Of a stretch of DNA of 64,000 nucleotides, positions 28,341-38,197 are shown piece by piece (positions within the stretch are counted from its first letter, which is position 1; every line of letters starts with the position of its first letter). This DNA is from Acidobacteriota bacterium. Its GTDB lineage: Bacteria > Acidobacteriota > UBA6911 > RPQK01 > DATIPO01. The notes beneath the pieces were generated by a model. That model was not told the DNA's origin. It saw only the letters and a program-made list of their open reading frames with translations, and did not search any database. The DNA lies in the NCBI GenBank assembly GCA_035471785.1, contig DATIPQ010000098.1, positions 41,446 to 105,445 of the forward strand, written 5' to 3'. The translations under genes were made by a program, and so were the position numbers.

Positions 28341-29189
28341 CTATTCGCTTTTCCCCATCAGGCGCGAGTAGAGCCGGTTGAGATCTTCTTCGCTGTGATA
28401 GTGGAGACGGATATGTCCGGATTTGCCCCGGCCGTGGATCTCCACCTTGGTTTGCCAGTGATCTTCCAGAGTTTCCTCGGCGGCCCGGATATTGGGGTCC
28501 TTGCCGGCGGGCGCCTTTTGCTGGGAGGGTTGCAGGAGCTTTTGCACCCGGCGCTCCACGTCGCGCACGCTCAAGCCCTTCTTGCGGATGAGCTTAGCCA
28601 GCTCCAACTGGCGGTTGCGGGGCAGGGGAAGAAGGGCGCGGGCATGGCCCATGCTCAGGATGCCGGCTGAAACTTCTTGCTGGATGGCCTTGGGCAGCTT
28701 GAGCAGCCGCAACATGTTGGCCACGGCGGAGCGGCTGCGGGAGACGCGCTGAGCCACCTGCTCCTGGGTCAGTCCGAAGTCCTCAATCAGCAACTGGTAG
28801 GCGTTGGCTTCCTCGATGGGGCTGAGTTCTTCGCGCTGGATGTTTTCCACCAGGGCCAGCTCCACCATGGATTGGTCGGACACGTCCTGGATCAAGGCCG
28901 GGATGCGATGCAGGCCGGCCCGCTGGGAAGCCCTCCAACGCCGTTCGCCTGCGATGAGTTCGTATCCGTCCTCGAGGGGCCGGACCACGATGGGCTGGAG
29001 GAGTCCTTTTTCGGTGATCGATGAAGCCAACTCGTCCAAGGCCTCGGCGGAGAAGTGGTTGCGGGGCTGGAAGGCATTGGGCTTGATTCTCTCCACGGGG
29101 ATCTGTTGCAGAGGCGAATCAGGTTCTTGGGCGCTCTTGGCAGGAAGCAGGGCGTCGAGGCCTTTGCCGAGGGCTTTGCGTTTGCTCAT
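28341..29189 (-). CDS. parB: Chromosome partitioning protein ParB
   Basis: MSKRKALGKGLDALL...GERRWRAS. The real start is ATG 29189; the track ORF has a 124-aa spurious extension. Confidence 0.9.
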   Translation of the reverse strand: MSKRKALGKGLDALLPAKSAQEPDSPLQQIPVERIKPNAFQPRNHFSAEALDELASSITEKGLLQPIVVRPLEDGYELIAGERRWRASQRAGLHRIPALIQDVSDQSMVELALVENIQREELSPIEEANAYQLLIEDFGLTQEQVAQRVSRSRSAVANMLRLLKLPKAIQQEVSAGILSMGHARALLPLPRNRQLELAKLIRKKGLSVRDVERRVQKLLQPSQQKAPAGKDPNIRAAEETLEDHWQTKVEIHGRGKSGHIRLHYHSEEDLNRLYSRLMGKSE

Positions 29190-29215
29190 GGGTCGAGTCT
29201 TTCCTGTCGGAGGTT

Positions 29216-30007
29216 TTAGCCGGCGCCGGCGGTGGCGGGCTCGAGCTGAATGCGGTCCAGCAGCTCGCGGGCCAGTTGCAGATAGGAGCGGGCGCCGCGG
29301 CAGCGCGGGTCGTAGAGGAGGATGGGTTTGCCGAAGCTGGGAGCCTCGGCCAGGCGGACATTGCGCGGAATCACGGTCTGCATCAGGTGTTGGGGCAGGT
29401 GGCCGGCGATGTTTTCCTGGATTTGGGTGGAGAGGTTGAGACGGTCGTCGAACATGGTCAGAAAAACACCCTCGATGCTTAAGGCCGGATTGAGGTGATC
29501 GCGAACCCGCTGAAACGTGCCCAACAAGTCGGAAAGCCCCTCCAGGGCGAAATACTCGCATTGAATGGGGATGAGCAGGGAATCAGCGGCCGTAAGCGCG
29601 TTGACGGTGAGAATGCCCAGAGAAGGGGGACAGTCGATGAGGATCAGGTCATAGCGTCCCCAAAGAGGGCTCAAGACCTTCCTGAGGCGGAACTGGCTTT
29701 CTTCTTCCTCCAGGAGTTCCAGCGTGGCGCCGGTCAGGTCGCGGTTGGAAGGCAGCAGGGAGAGGCGGTCGACTTCGGTGGCGCAGACCGCCTCGGCGGC
29801 GGGAAGGCGGTCGATGAGGCAGTTGTAGACCGACCGCCGCAAGGAGACCTTGTCGATGCCGAAGCCGGAAGTGGTGTTGCCCTGAGGGTCGAGGTCGACA
29901 AGCAGGACGTGCAGGTCGGCTGCCGCCAGGGAGGCGGCCAGATTGATGGCCGTGGTGGTCTTGCCCACTCCTCCTTTCTGATTGACGATGGCGATGGTCT
30001 TCGGCAT
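29216..30007 (-). CDS. parA: Chromosome partitioning ATPase ParA/Soj
   Basis: [25 protein letters not shown]. Confidence 0.9.
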   Translation of the reverse strand: MPKTIAIVNQKGGVGKTTTAINLAASLAAADLHVLLVDLDPQGNTTSGFGIDKVSLRRSVYNCLIDRLPAAEAVCATEVDRLSLLPSNRDLTGATLELLEEEESQFRLRKVLSPLWGRYDLILIDCPPSLGILTVNALTAADSLLIPIQCEYFALEGLSDLLGTFQRVRDHLNPALSIEGVFLTMFDDRLNLSTQIQENIAGHLPQHLMQTVIPRNVRLAEAPSFGKPILLYDPRCRGARSYLQLARELLDRIQLEPATAGAG

Positions 30008-30038
30008 GCGAGGCAGAATAACACGAAAGGGAAGGGAA

Positions 30039-30054
30039 TGTTTCACGTGGAACA
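30039..30054. other. parS site 1 (TGTTTCACGTGGAACA; 15/16 to consensus)
   Basis: One mismatch to TGTTTCACGTGAAACA. Confidence 0.6.
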
Positions 30055-30065
30055 GAGGGGGCCGA

Positions 30066-30081
30066 TGTTCCACGTGAAACA
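30066..30081. other. parS site 2 (TGTTCCACGTGAAACA; 15/16 to consensus)
   Basis: It is the exact reverse complement of site 1 and lies 11 nt away, forming a 43-bp composite palindrome. Confidence 0.6.
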
Positions 30082-30097
30082 CTTCCCGGAAGCCCGT

Positions 30098-30703
30098 CTA
30101 GGGGAAGAAAATCAGCCTGGAGATCATGCGCCGATGGGAGCCGGGAACCGCCAGCCGAGTCTCGGCGCGCCACTTCACGGCGCCGCTCACCGGGACGTCC
30201 TGCCCGTGGAAAGCCAGCAGGGGAATCTTCCCCCCGCCCAGCGCCGCCTCCACGCGGGCGGAGGTCTTGAGGGCCCTTGCCGTTGCCGCGTCGACGTTCG
30301 TCCAGACGAAGTCCTCGGCCGGCAGGTGATGCACTTCGCCCCCCAACCCCAGACGCCGCACGGCTTCCTTCAGGAACACGGCTTTGCGATGGTGCCGCTC
30401 CAGCAAGCTGACCTCGAGGGCAGGATCGAGAACCTGCAGGCCCAGGCCCGGGAAGCCGGCTCCGCTTCCGATGTCGGCGAGCTTTCTCTCGCCCTCCTTG
30501 AGCAGCCGCAGACCCAGGAAGGACTCGAAGAAATGAAACTCCATCAGCTCGCCGAAGGAAGCCACCGTGGTCAGAGAGATCCTCCGGCTCCATTTCTGCA
30601 ACAAGGCCCAGTAGGTCTCCATCTGCTCGATCTGTAGAGGAGTCAAGGACAGGCCGAAGCGTTCTTCAAGCCCTTTCAGCCGAGCCTTCTCCTCCCCGGT
30701 CAA
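30098..30703 (-). CDS. rsmG: 16S rRNA (guanine527-N7)-methyltransferase
   Basis: GidB-like sequence. [14 protein letters not shown] motif. Confidence 0.85.
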   Translation of the reverse strand: MTGEEKARLKGLEERFGLSLTPLQIEQMETYWALLQKWSRRISLTTVASFGELMEFHFFESFLGLRLLKEGERKLADIGSGAGFPGLGLQVLDPALEVSLLERHHRKAVFLKEAVRRLGLGGEVHHLPAEDFVWTNVDAATARALKTSARVEAALGGGKIPLLAFHGQDVPVSGAVKWRAETRLAVPGSHRRMISRLIFFP

Positions 30704-32571
30704 ACCCGGCTCCGCTCGCTCAGGGTGAGGTGGATGTTGAGGATGGAAACCGCCGCCGGGGTAACGCCCGGGATCCGCGCGGCCTGGCCCAGGCTCTCGG
30801 GACGCACCCGTCCAAAGCGCTCCTTCATCTCGCTTGAAAGGCCCTCCACGCCGCCATAGTCGAAATCGCCCGGAATGCGCCGCGTTTCCATCTTGCGGAC
30901 TCTCTGCACATCCCTTTCCTGCCGGCGGATGTAGCCCTCGTACTTGACCTCGGTTTCAACCACGTTGGCCTCGTCTCCCCTCAATTCTATGCCGCCCAGG
31001 TCGAGCAAGGGCCGCAGGTCCTCCAGGCGGCACTGCGGGCGGCGCAAAAGCTGGGCCAGATTCAATCCGGCCTCCGCCTGCAGCCTGCCGCGCAAGTCCT
31101 CGAATCCGGGACAATCCCGCTGCAAGCCGGCGGAGTCAAGAAAGTCTACGGCCCTGTCGATCCTTTTCAGCTTCTGATGGACCGCCTCCAATTCACGGGA
31201 GGAGAGCAATCCGGCGCGATGGCCGTGCTCAGCCAGACGCCTGTCGGCGTTGTCGATGCGCAGCAGCAGGCGGTACTCGGCACGCGAGGTGAACATGCGA
31301 TAAGGCTCGTCCACTCCCCGCGTCACCAAATCGTCGATGAGGATGCCGATGTAGCTCTCCTGGCGGCCCAGCACCAGCGGTTCGCGGTCCTGCACGGCCA
31401 AGGAGGCGTTGAGACCGGCCATCAGTCCTTGGGCGGCGGCCTCTTCGTATCCCGTGGTGCCGTTGATCTGGCCGGCCAGGTAAAGGCCCTCCACCTGACG
31501 CGTTTCCAAAGTGCTCTTCAATTGACGGGGCTGCACAAAGTCGTACTCCACCGCGTAGCCCGGACGCACCACGACGGCCTCTTCCAATCCCTTGATGGCG
31601 GCTACCATGCGCTTCTGCACGTCGACCGGCATGCTGGTGGAAAAGCCGTTGATATAGATCAATGGAGAATCGAGGCCTTCCGGCTCCAGGAAAAGCTGAT
31701 GCCGAGAACGGTCGGAAAAACGGCGGATCTTGTCCTCGATGGAAGGACAGTAGCGGGGCCCGGTGGCCGTCAGAGTCCCCCCCAAGAGAGGACTGCGCCG
31801 GCTGTTCTCGCTAATCAGATCATGCACCTGCGGATTGGTGTAGGCGATCCAGCAATCGACCTGAGGAAGGGCCGGCCCGGTGGTGCGAAAGGAAAAAAAA
31901 GTCGGGTCCTCGTCTCCGGGCTGCGCCTCGAAGCGGCTGAAGTCGATGCTGGAACGCTGAAGACGCGGGGGAGTGCCCGTCTTGAGACGCCCCATTTCGA
32001 AGCCGATCCCGCTGACCGAGTCGGCCAACTTGACCGCCGCCCGTTCGCCGGAGCGCCCGGCCCGAAAACGCTCGCCGCCCACGTGGCAGACTCCGTTGAG
32101 GAAGGTGCCGGTGGTCAGAATCGCCGTCCGGCAGGAGATCTCTTCTCCGCCCGCCATCTCGATGCCGGCCACACGCCCTCCCCGGCGCACAATGGCGGTC
32201 ACTTCACCCCCCAGCAGGTCCAAGCCGGGCATGGTGGAGAGCAGTTCCTGCATGCGCAGGCGGTAGCGTTCCTTGTCGCTCTGGCAGCGAGGGGCTTGAA
32301 CGGCAGGCCCGCGGCTGCGGTTGAGGAGGCGGAACTGAATGGCGGTCAGATCGGCCTGGCGACCCATGATGCCGCCCAAGGCATCGATTTCGCGCACCAG
32401 GTGACCCTTGGCAATGCCCCCGATTGCGGGATTGCAAGACATTTGACCGATCATGTCCAGGTTGATGGTCACCAGCGCCGTGGAGGCCCCGACCGCCGCG
32501 GCCGCCGCGGCCGCTTCGCAGCCCGCATGGCCGCCGCCGATCACTACCACGTCATAATGCCGTCTGCTCAT
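30700..32571 (-). CDS. mnmG: tRNA uridine 5-carboxymethylaminomethyl modification enzyme MnmG (GidA)
   Basis: [20 protein letters not shown] motif. ATG 32571 is used; ATG 32583 is the alternative. The 96-aa track extension is spurious. Confidence 0.9.
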   Translation of the reverse strand: MSRRHYDVVVIGGGHAGCEAAAAAAAVGASTALVTINLDMIGQMSCNPAIGGIAKGHLVREIDALGGIMGRQADLTAIQFRLLNRSRGPAVQAPRCQSDKERYRLRMQELLSTMPGLDLLGGEVTAIVRRGGRVAGIEMAGGEEISCRTAILTTGTFLNGVCHVGGERFRAGRSGERAAVKLADSVSGIGFEMGRLKTGTPPRLQRSSIDFSRFEAQPGDEDPTFFSFRTTGPALPQVDCWIAYTNPQVHDLISENSRRSPLLGGTLTATGPRYCPSIEDKIRRFSDRSRHQLFLEPEGLDSPLIYINGFSTSMPVDVQKRMVAAIKGLEEAVVVRPGYAVEYDFVQPRQLKSTLETRQVEGLYLAGQINGTTGYEEAAAQGLMAGLNASLAVQDREPLVLGRQESYIGILIDDLVTRGVDEPYRMFTSRAEYRLLLRIDNADRRLAEHGHRAGLLSSRELEAVHQKLKRIDRAVDFLDSAGLQRDCPGFEDLRGRLQAEAGLNLAQLLRRPQCRLEDLRPLLDLGGIELRGDEANVVETEVKYEGYIRRQERDVQRVRKMETRRIPGDFDYGGVEGLSSEMKERFGRVRPESLGQAARIPGVTPAAVSILNIHLTLSERSRV

Positions 32572-32650
32572 GAGAAAGGCCATTATAACGCGAGAGGCTA
32601 TCTCTCCCTTCAACCACGCCGCTTCCGGCCTCTCGTCTATAATGCCCAGC

Positions 32651-33697
32651 ATGACCGATAAGCGGAAGAGACTGACTGAACTGGTGTCCTGCGCCGGTTG
32701 AGCGTCTAAGCTGGCACCGGAGGTGCTGAAGACAGTCCTGAGCAATCTGCAGGGATGGAATGACCCGGCCGTCCTCGTCGGGTACCAGACTGCGGATGAC
32801 GGGGGAGTGTATCGTCTGTCCGACGAACTGGCACTGGTGCAAACCGTGGACTTCTTCACCCCGGTGGTCGACGACCCCTTTCAATATGGTCAGATCGCCG
32901 CCGCCAACGCTCTCAGCGACGTCTACGCCATGGGCGGAGAGCCGCGCTTCGCCCTTTCCGTCGTGGGCTTTCCCAAGTCGGGGCTGGACACCGGCATCCT
33001 AGGGGAGATAATGGCGGGAGGCAGCGCCAAGCTGGCCGAGGCCCGCGTTCCCGTCATAGGGGGCCATTCCGTCCAGGACCCTGAGATCAAGTTCGGCTAC
33101 TGCGTGACCGGCGTGGTCTCTCCCCACGCCTGCTGGACCAACGCGGCGGCCCAGGCCGGGGACGCGCTGGTGCTGACCAAACCGCTGGGCACCGGCATCA
33201 TCACGACCGGGGTGAAGTTCGAGAAGACGCCTCCACCCGTGCTGGAAGCCGCTCTGGAGGTGATGCTCAGGCTCAATGATGTCGCTGCCCGGGCCGCGGC
33301 CTCCTATTCCGTTCATTCCGCCACCGATATTACCGGCTTTGGACTCCTCGGCCACGCCCTAGAAATGGCCCAGGCCTCCGGCGCCCGATTGCGCCTGCGG
33401 GCCTCTCAGGTTCCCCTCATTGCAGGCACGCGGGATCTAGCCCAAACGGGCATGTTGCCGGGAGGAATCGAGTCCAACAGGGCTTATCTGGGGGATCGAG
33501 TCGAGTGGCATTCCACAACCCTCATTGTGCAACAGATCCTTCTCGATCCGCAGACCTCGGGGGGACTCCTTTTCAGCCTGCCGCCGGCTGACGCGGAGAA
33601 ACTCGTCGCCGACCTCGCCGGGCAGAACCAAGAGGCCGCCATAGTGGGCGAAGTCGTGGAGAAGCGCGACGAGATCCTGATTGAAGTCGTACCGTAG
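32651..33697 (+). CDS. selD: Selenide, water dikinase (selenophosphate synthetase), Sec-containing form with in-frame UGA at 32699..32701
   Basis: ATG 32651 gives [30 protein letters not shown]..., which aligns with E. coli SelD [23 protein letters not shown] with Sec in place of Cys17. The track ORF begins at GTG 32723, downstream of the UGA. SelD core motifs are present throughout. Confidence 0.8.
32714..32726 (+). other. bSECIS-like hairpin of selD (GCACC-GGA-GGUGC)
   Basis: 5-bp stem, 7 bp with G-U extensions. Apical GGA loop 17 nt after the UGA. It shares the CCGGAGG motif with the 8374..8398 hairpin. Confidence 0.45.
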
Positions 33698-33722
33698 TGA
33701 CTTTGTTGCGGGAAAGAGGCTC

Positions 33723-34001
33723 TCACTCGGGAGAGATCTTGAGTTGGCGCAGGAAGCGCTCGTCCTGGGAGGTGAGTTCGAGCTTGACTTTGGAAGACCT
33801 GCCCGGCTTGGGCTTGGGGCTTTCTTCACCATCTTCGTTCTGCTCGTTGAAGCCCACCGTGGCCTCGACAATCAAGAAAACGTCGTAACCTGTATCCTGG
33901 ATCTCGTGGATGATGGAATTGATGGCGGGCGACTCGGTTAGAGCCTCGTTGATGGCCTTCTCAAGCTTGCGCCGATATTCCTTGAGATGGTCGTCGTTCA
34001 T
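33723..34001 (-). CDS. Hypothetical small acidic protein (92 aa)
   Basis: Good GC3 codon bias within a locally lower-GC intergenic island. No family recognised. Confidence 0.4.
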   Translation of the reverse strand: MNDDHLKEYRRKLEKAINEALTESPAINSIIHEIQDTGYDVFLIVEATVGFNEQNEDGEESPKPKPGRSSKVKLELTSQDERFLRQLKISPE

Positions 34002-34116
34002 TTGCCCGAGTATCCTTGCTTTGCTACCATCCGTTCTTGCCGCCAGAAGGAGTTTGCTGCTCCGTCAATGTCATCCGAAGCCGAAAGAAGTATAGCAACT
34101 CCCGCGAGGAAAAACA

Positions 34117-35718
34117 ATGGTTCCGGCACCTCCAAAAGACTCCGCAAAAATTCCTTCCGAATCTTCCAAGAAAGCCGTTTACAAGCCGGATGACACGGCT
34201 GCGGACGACTATGCCCAGCGGCTCAATGATCCCGGCAAGTACCCATTCACGCGCGGAATCTATCCCACCATGTATCGCGGCCGTCTCTGGACCATGCGGC
34301 AGTACGCCGGCTATGCCAGCGCCGAGGAGTCCAACCGCCGCTACCGCTACCTGCTCTCTCAGGGAACGACAGGTCTGTCCGTAGCCTTCGACCTTCCGAC
34401 TCAAATCGGAATTGACTCCACCCACGAGCTGGCCGAAGGCGAGGTGGGAAAGGTGGGGGTGGCCATCGACAGCCTGGAGGACATGCGGAGACTCTTCGAC
34501 GGCATCCCGCTGGAGCGCGTCTCCACCTCCATGACAATCAATGCTACGGCCTCCATCCTGCTGGCTCTCTACCTGGCCGTAGCCGACGAACAAGGTGTGC
34601 CTTGGGAGCAACTGCGGGGCACCATTCAGAACGACATCCTCAAGGAATACATTGCCCGCGGAACCTATATCTATCCTCCTCAGCCCTCGCTGAGAATCAT
34701 CACCGATATCTTCGCCTTTTGTCATCAGCAGGTGCCGCGCTGGAACACCATCTCCATTAGCGGATACCATATTCGCGAGGCCGGCTCCACGGCGGCCCAG
34801 GAGTTGGCATTCACCTTGGCCGACGGTGAAACTTACGTGGAAGCGGCTATCGCCGAAGGCCTCTCGGTGGACGACTTCGCGCCCCGCATTTCCTTTTTCT
34901 TCAACGCCCACAATGACTTCTTCGAGGAAGTGGCCAAGTATCGTGCCGCCCGACGCATGTGGGCCACGCTGATGAAGGAGCGTTTCAAGGCCGAGAATCC
35001 CAAGTCCTGGATGCTGCGCTTCCATACCCAGACCGCCGGCAGCACGCTGACGGCCCAGCAGCCCGACACCAATGTCGTCCGCGTGGCCCTGCAAGCGCTT
35101 TCGGCGGTGCTGGGAGGGACTCAGTCGCTGCATACCAACTCCAAGGACGAGGCGCTCGGCCTCCCCACCGATTCGGCGGCGCGCCTGGCCCTGAGAACGC
35201 AGCAGGTCATCGCCCACGAAAGCGGAGTGGCCGAGACGGCCGACCCGCTTGGAGGAAGCTGGCTGGTCGAATCTCTCACCAGCCGGCTCGAAGACGAGGC
35301 GCAGGCCTACATGCAGCGCATCCGCGAAATGGGCGGGATGTTGCGGGCCATCGAGAGCGGCTATGTGCAGCGGGAGATTCAGAAGGCCGCTTACGACTAT
35401 CAGCGCGGCCTGGAAGAGAAATCGCGCATCGTTGTCGGAGTCAATGACTTCAAGGAAGGGGCGGAGACGGCCATCGAGGCGCTGAAGATTGACCCCGAGG
35501 TGGAACTCCGCCAGCGCGCCCGCCTGCAGTCGCTCAAGGACAAGCGCGACAACGACCGCACTCAAAAAGCCCTGGAGGCCGTCCGCAAGGCCGCCCGGGA
35601 AGATTCCAATTTGATGCCGCCGATCCTCGAGGCTGTCAAAGCCTTGGCCAGCGTAGGCGAAATTGCCGACGCCATGCGCGATGTTTTCGGCGAGTACCAA
35701 GAAACCGTGGTCTTTTAA
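34117..35718 (+). CDS. Methylmalonyl-CoA mutase family large (substrate-binding) subunit, without a C-terminal B12-binding domain
   Basis: [23 protein letters not shown]...[17 protein letters not shown]... GAGGA RBS. Confidence 0.8.
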   Translation: MVPAPPKDSAKIPSESSKKAVYKPDDTAADDYAQRLNDPGKYPFTRGIYPTMYRGRLWTMRQYAGYASAEESNRRYRYLLSQGTTGLSVAFDLPTQIGIDSTHELAEGEVGKVGVAIDSLEDMRRLFDGIPLERVSTSMTINATASILLALYLAVADEQGVPWEQLRGTIQNDILKEYIARGTYIYPPQPSLRIITDIFAFCHQQVPRWNTISISGYHIREAGSTAAQELAFTLADGETYVEAAIAEGLSVDDFAPRISFFFNAHNDFFEEVAKYRAARRMWATLMKERFKAENPKSWMLRFHTQTAGSTLTAQQPDTNVVRVALQALSAVLGGTQSLHTNSKDEALGLPTDSAARLALRTQQVIAHESGVAETADPLGGSWLVESLTSRLEDEAQAYMQRIREMGGMLRAIESGYVQREIQKAAYDYQRGLEEKSRIVVGVNDFKEGAETAIEALKIDPEVELRQRARLQSLKDKRDNDRTQKALEAVRKAAREDSNLMPPILEAVKALASVGEIADAMRDVFGEYQETVVF

Positions 35719-35720
35719 CC

Positions 35721-36701
35721 ATGACCTCGCCTCTGCTCGCCGTTCGCGGTCTGGATATCGTTATCCGCGCCAGGCCGCATCAGGCCGAAATCCTGCGCGC
35801 CATCGACCTGTCCATTCTGGAAGGCGAAATTCACGGTTTGGTGGGGGAGTCCGGCAGCGGCAAGACCACCCTGGCCCGGGCGCTTATGCGCTTGCTGTCT
35901 CCACCTTGCCGCCGAGCCCGCGGCGAGATCTTGTTCGGGGGCCTCGACCTATGCCTCCTGCCCGAGAAGGAGATGCGCCACCTGCGGGGCGCTACCATCG
36001 CCTATGTCCCCCAGGACGCGGCCTCCGCCCTCAATCCTCACCAAAAGGTCGGGTCTCAGTTTGTCGAGACCTTGCGGGCCCACCAGTCCGTCACCGCCTC
36101 TCAGGCCAGGGAGCAAGCGATTCAGTCCCTGGCTCAGGTGGGGCTGGAGGAGGGAAACGAGATCCTGCGTTCCTATGCTCATGAGTTGTCGGTCGGCATG
36201 GCCCAACGCGTTCTCATCGCCATGGCTCTGGCCTTGCGTCCGCGCCTTTTGCTGGCCGATGAACCCACCTCCTCGCTGGATGTGGTTGCCTCGGTGCGGG
36301 TGGCCCGCCTTTTGGCTGATCTGAACGAGCGCAGCGGACTCACCATCCTCTTCATCACTCACGATCTGGAGATGCTCTTCCGGGTCGCTCACCGGATCAC
36401 CGTACTCTATGGCGGCGAGATCATGGAGCAGGGAAGCCTTGAGGAGATCAAGAGCAATCCCAGCCATCCCTATACGCAAGCCCTGTTGGCGGCCCGCCTT
36501 CTTCCAGGCGAAACGCCGCTGGCCATAAGCGGAGAGCCGCCGGAACCCGGCGCCCGTCCCCAGGGATGCGTCTTTCATCCCCGTTGCCCCGAGGCCGGCG
36601 AGGAGTGCAGCCAAGGCAGCCCGGGCGTGGAAGTGATTGCAAGCGATCATTCTGTGCGCTGCTTCCACCGATCACCGTCAACCCGCGAGGAAACAACTTG
36701 A
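35721..36701 (+). CDS. ABC transporter ATP-binding protein (DppD/OppD-like, with C-terminal oligopeptide-ABC extension)
   Basis: GESGSGKTT Walker A, LSVGMAQR signature, LLADEPTSSLD Walker B. Confidence 0.8.
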   Translation: MTSPLLAVRGLDIVIRARPHQAEILRAIDLSILEGEIHGLVGESGSGKTTLARALMRLLSPPCRRARGEILFGGLDLCLLPEKEMRHLRGATIAYVPQDAASALNPHQKVGSQFVETLRAHQSVTASQAREQAIQSLAQVGLEEGNEILRSYAHELSVGMAQRVLIAMALALRPRLLLADEPTSSLDVVASVRVARLLADLNERSGLTILFITHDLEMLFRVAHRITVLYGGEIMEQGSLEEIKSNPSHPYTQALLAARLLPGETPLAISGEPPEPGARPQGCVFHPRCPEAGEECSQGSPGVEVIASDHSVRCFHRSPSTREETT

Positions 36702-37450
36702 GCGCCGTCCTGACCGTCCGCGACGTCTGCCTTTCCTACCGCCATAAAGCCGCCCTTTCGCCGGGGCGGGATGAGGACAAACAGGTGCTACGCGGCGTCT
36801 CCTTCCAGCTTCACAAAGGCGAGTCGCTGGGATTGGTGGGCGAATCAGGATCAGGCAAAACATCGCTGGCCCGCTGTCTGCTGGGAATAAACGAGCCCGA
36901 CTCCGGAGAGATCGTTTTCTCTCGGGGCGGCCCGGGAAAAGTGCAGGCCATCTTTCAGGACCCCCTGGCTTCGCTCAATCCTCTAATGACGGTGACCAGC
37001 CTCATTCTGGAACCGCTTCGGGTCGCAAGCCGCCATCTGGCAGCCGAGGAATCGATGAAAAGGGTCCGAGATCTCTTGCCAGCGGTGTCCCTGCCTCCCG
37101 GTGTCCTTGACCGCAAGCCTTCCCAGCTCTCGGCTGGACAGCGGCAGAGGGTAGCCATTGCCCGAGCCCTGGCAACCGATCCGGAGATCCTGATCGCCGA
37201 CGAGCCCACCTCGGCGTTGGATGCTTCTCTCAGAGTGCAGATCCTGGAATTGCTGCGCTCGGCTCAGCGCAGCCGGGACTTGGCCATGCTGATGGTCACT
37301 CATGATTTGGCGGCGGCGGCCCGCTATTGCGACCGCATCGCCGTTCTCTATCAGGGCCGCCTGGTCGAGACGCTGCCGTCCCAGGACTTGTTTGGTGCGC
37401 CCCAGCACCCGTACACGCGGCGTCTGGCCCGACTGGTATTGGAAAAGTAG
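36698..37450 (+). CDS. ABC transporter ATP-binding protein (DppF/OppF-like)
   Basis: TTG start overlaps the upstream stop (TTGA). GESGSGKTS, LSAGQRQR, ILIADEPTSALD. Confidence 0.75.
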   Translation: MSAVLTVRDVCLSYRHKAALSPGRDEDKQVLRGVSFQLHKGESLGLVGESGSGKTSLARCLLGINEPDSGEIVFSRGGPGKVQAIFQDPLASLNPLMTVTSLILEPLRVASRHLAAEESMKRVRDLLPAVSLPPGVLDRKPSQLSAGQRQRVAIARALATDPEILIADEPTSALDASLRVQILELLRSAQRSRDLAMLMVTHDLAAAARYCDRIAVLYQGRLVETLPSQDLFGAPQHPYTRRLARLVLEK

Positions 37451-37471
37451 AGGCGGGGTGAGGCAGAAAGG

Positions 37472-38194
37472 CTATCCAGTCAGGGCCGCCGCCGCTTCAG
37501 CGCGCTTGTTCTCCGGCACCTTCTCATCTCTCTCGATCTGTCCATCGCGAAGGTAGATGATGCGCCTGGCGAAATGGGCGATGTCCTGCTCGTGGGTGAC
37601 GAGCACGATGGTGTGGCCGGCCCGGTGAAGGCGGTCGAAAAGACCCATGATCTCGAGTCCGGTGCGGGAATCGAGATTACCCGTGGGCTCGTCGGCCAGG
37701 ATGATGGAAGGATTGTTGACGAGGGCGCGGGCGACGGCCACGCGCTGGCGCTGGCCCCCCGAGAGCTCGTTGGGTTTGTGATCGACCCGGTCAGCCAGTT
37801 CCACCTGCGTCAGGGCTTCCAGGGCTTGTTGGCGGCGTTTGCTGGAAGGAATACCCGAATAGATCAGCGGCAGTTCGACGTTGTGAAGCGCCGTAGCCCG
37901 GGCCAGAAGATTGAAGGTTTGAAAGACGAAACCAATCTCCTTGTTGCGGATGCGCGCCAGCTCATCGTCGTGCATCTCGCTGACCAGCTTGCCATTGAGA
38001 TAGTACTCGCCCTGGCTGGGCGTATCGAGGCAGCCGATCAGGTTCATCAAGGTCGACTTGCCCGATCCCGAGGGACCCATGATGCCGACGTATTCGTTCT
38101 TTTCGATGTCGAAGGTTACGTCGTGGAGGGCGTGAATCTGCTCTGAACCCATCACGTAGGTCTTCCAGAGATTCTTAGTGCTGATCAGGGGCAC
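37472..38194 (-). CDS. ABC transporter ATP-binding protein (MacB/LolD/FtsE-like)
   Basis: [35 protein letters not shown]. Confidence 0.85.
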   Translation of the reverse strand: MPLISTKNLWKTYVMGSEQIHALHDVTFDIEKNEYVGIMGPSGSGKSTLMNLIGCLDTPSQGEYYLNGKLVSEMHDDELARIRNKEIGFVFQTFNLLARATALHNVELPLIYSGIPSSKRRQQALEALTQVELADRVDHKPNELSGGQRQRVAVARALVNNPSIILADEPTGNLDSRTGLEIMGLFDRLHRAGHTIVLVTHEQDIAHFARRIIYLRDGQIERDEKVPENKRAEAAAALTG

Positions 38195-38197
38195 GAG

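Noticed and set aside
29190-29561. 124-aa N-terminal extension of the parB ORF, and similar extensions of parA (to 30082) and mnmG (to 32859)
   Set aside because: The conserved protein N-termini begin at internal ATGs. The parA extension simply translates the parS palindrome.
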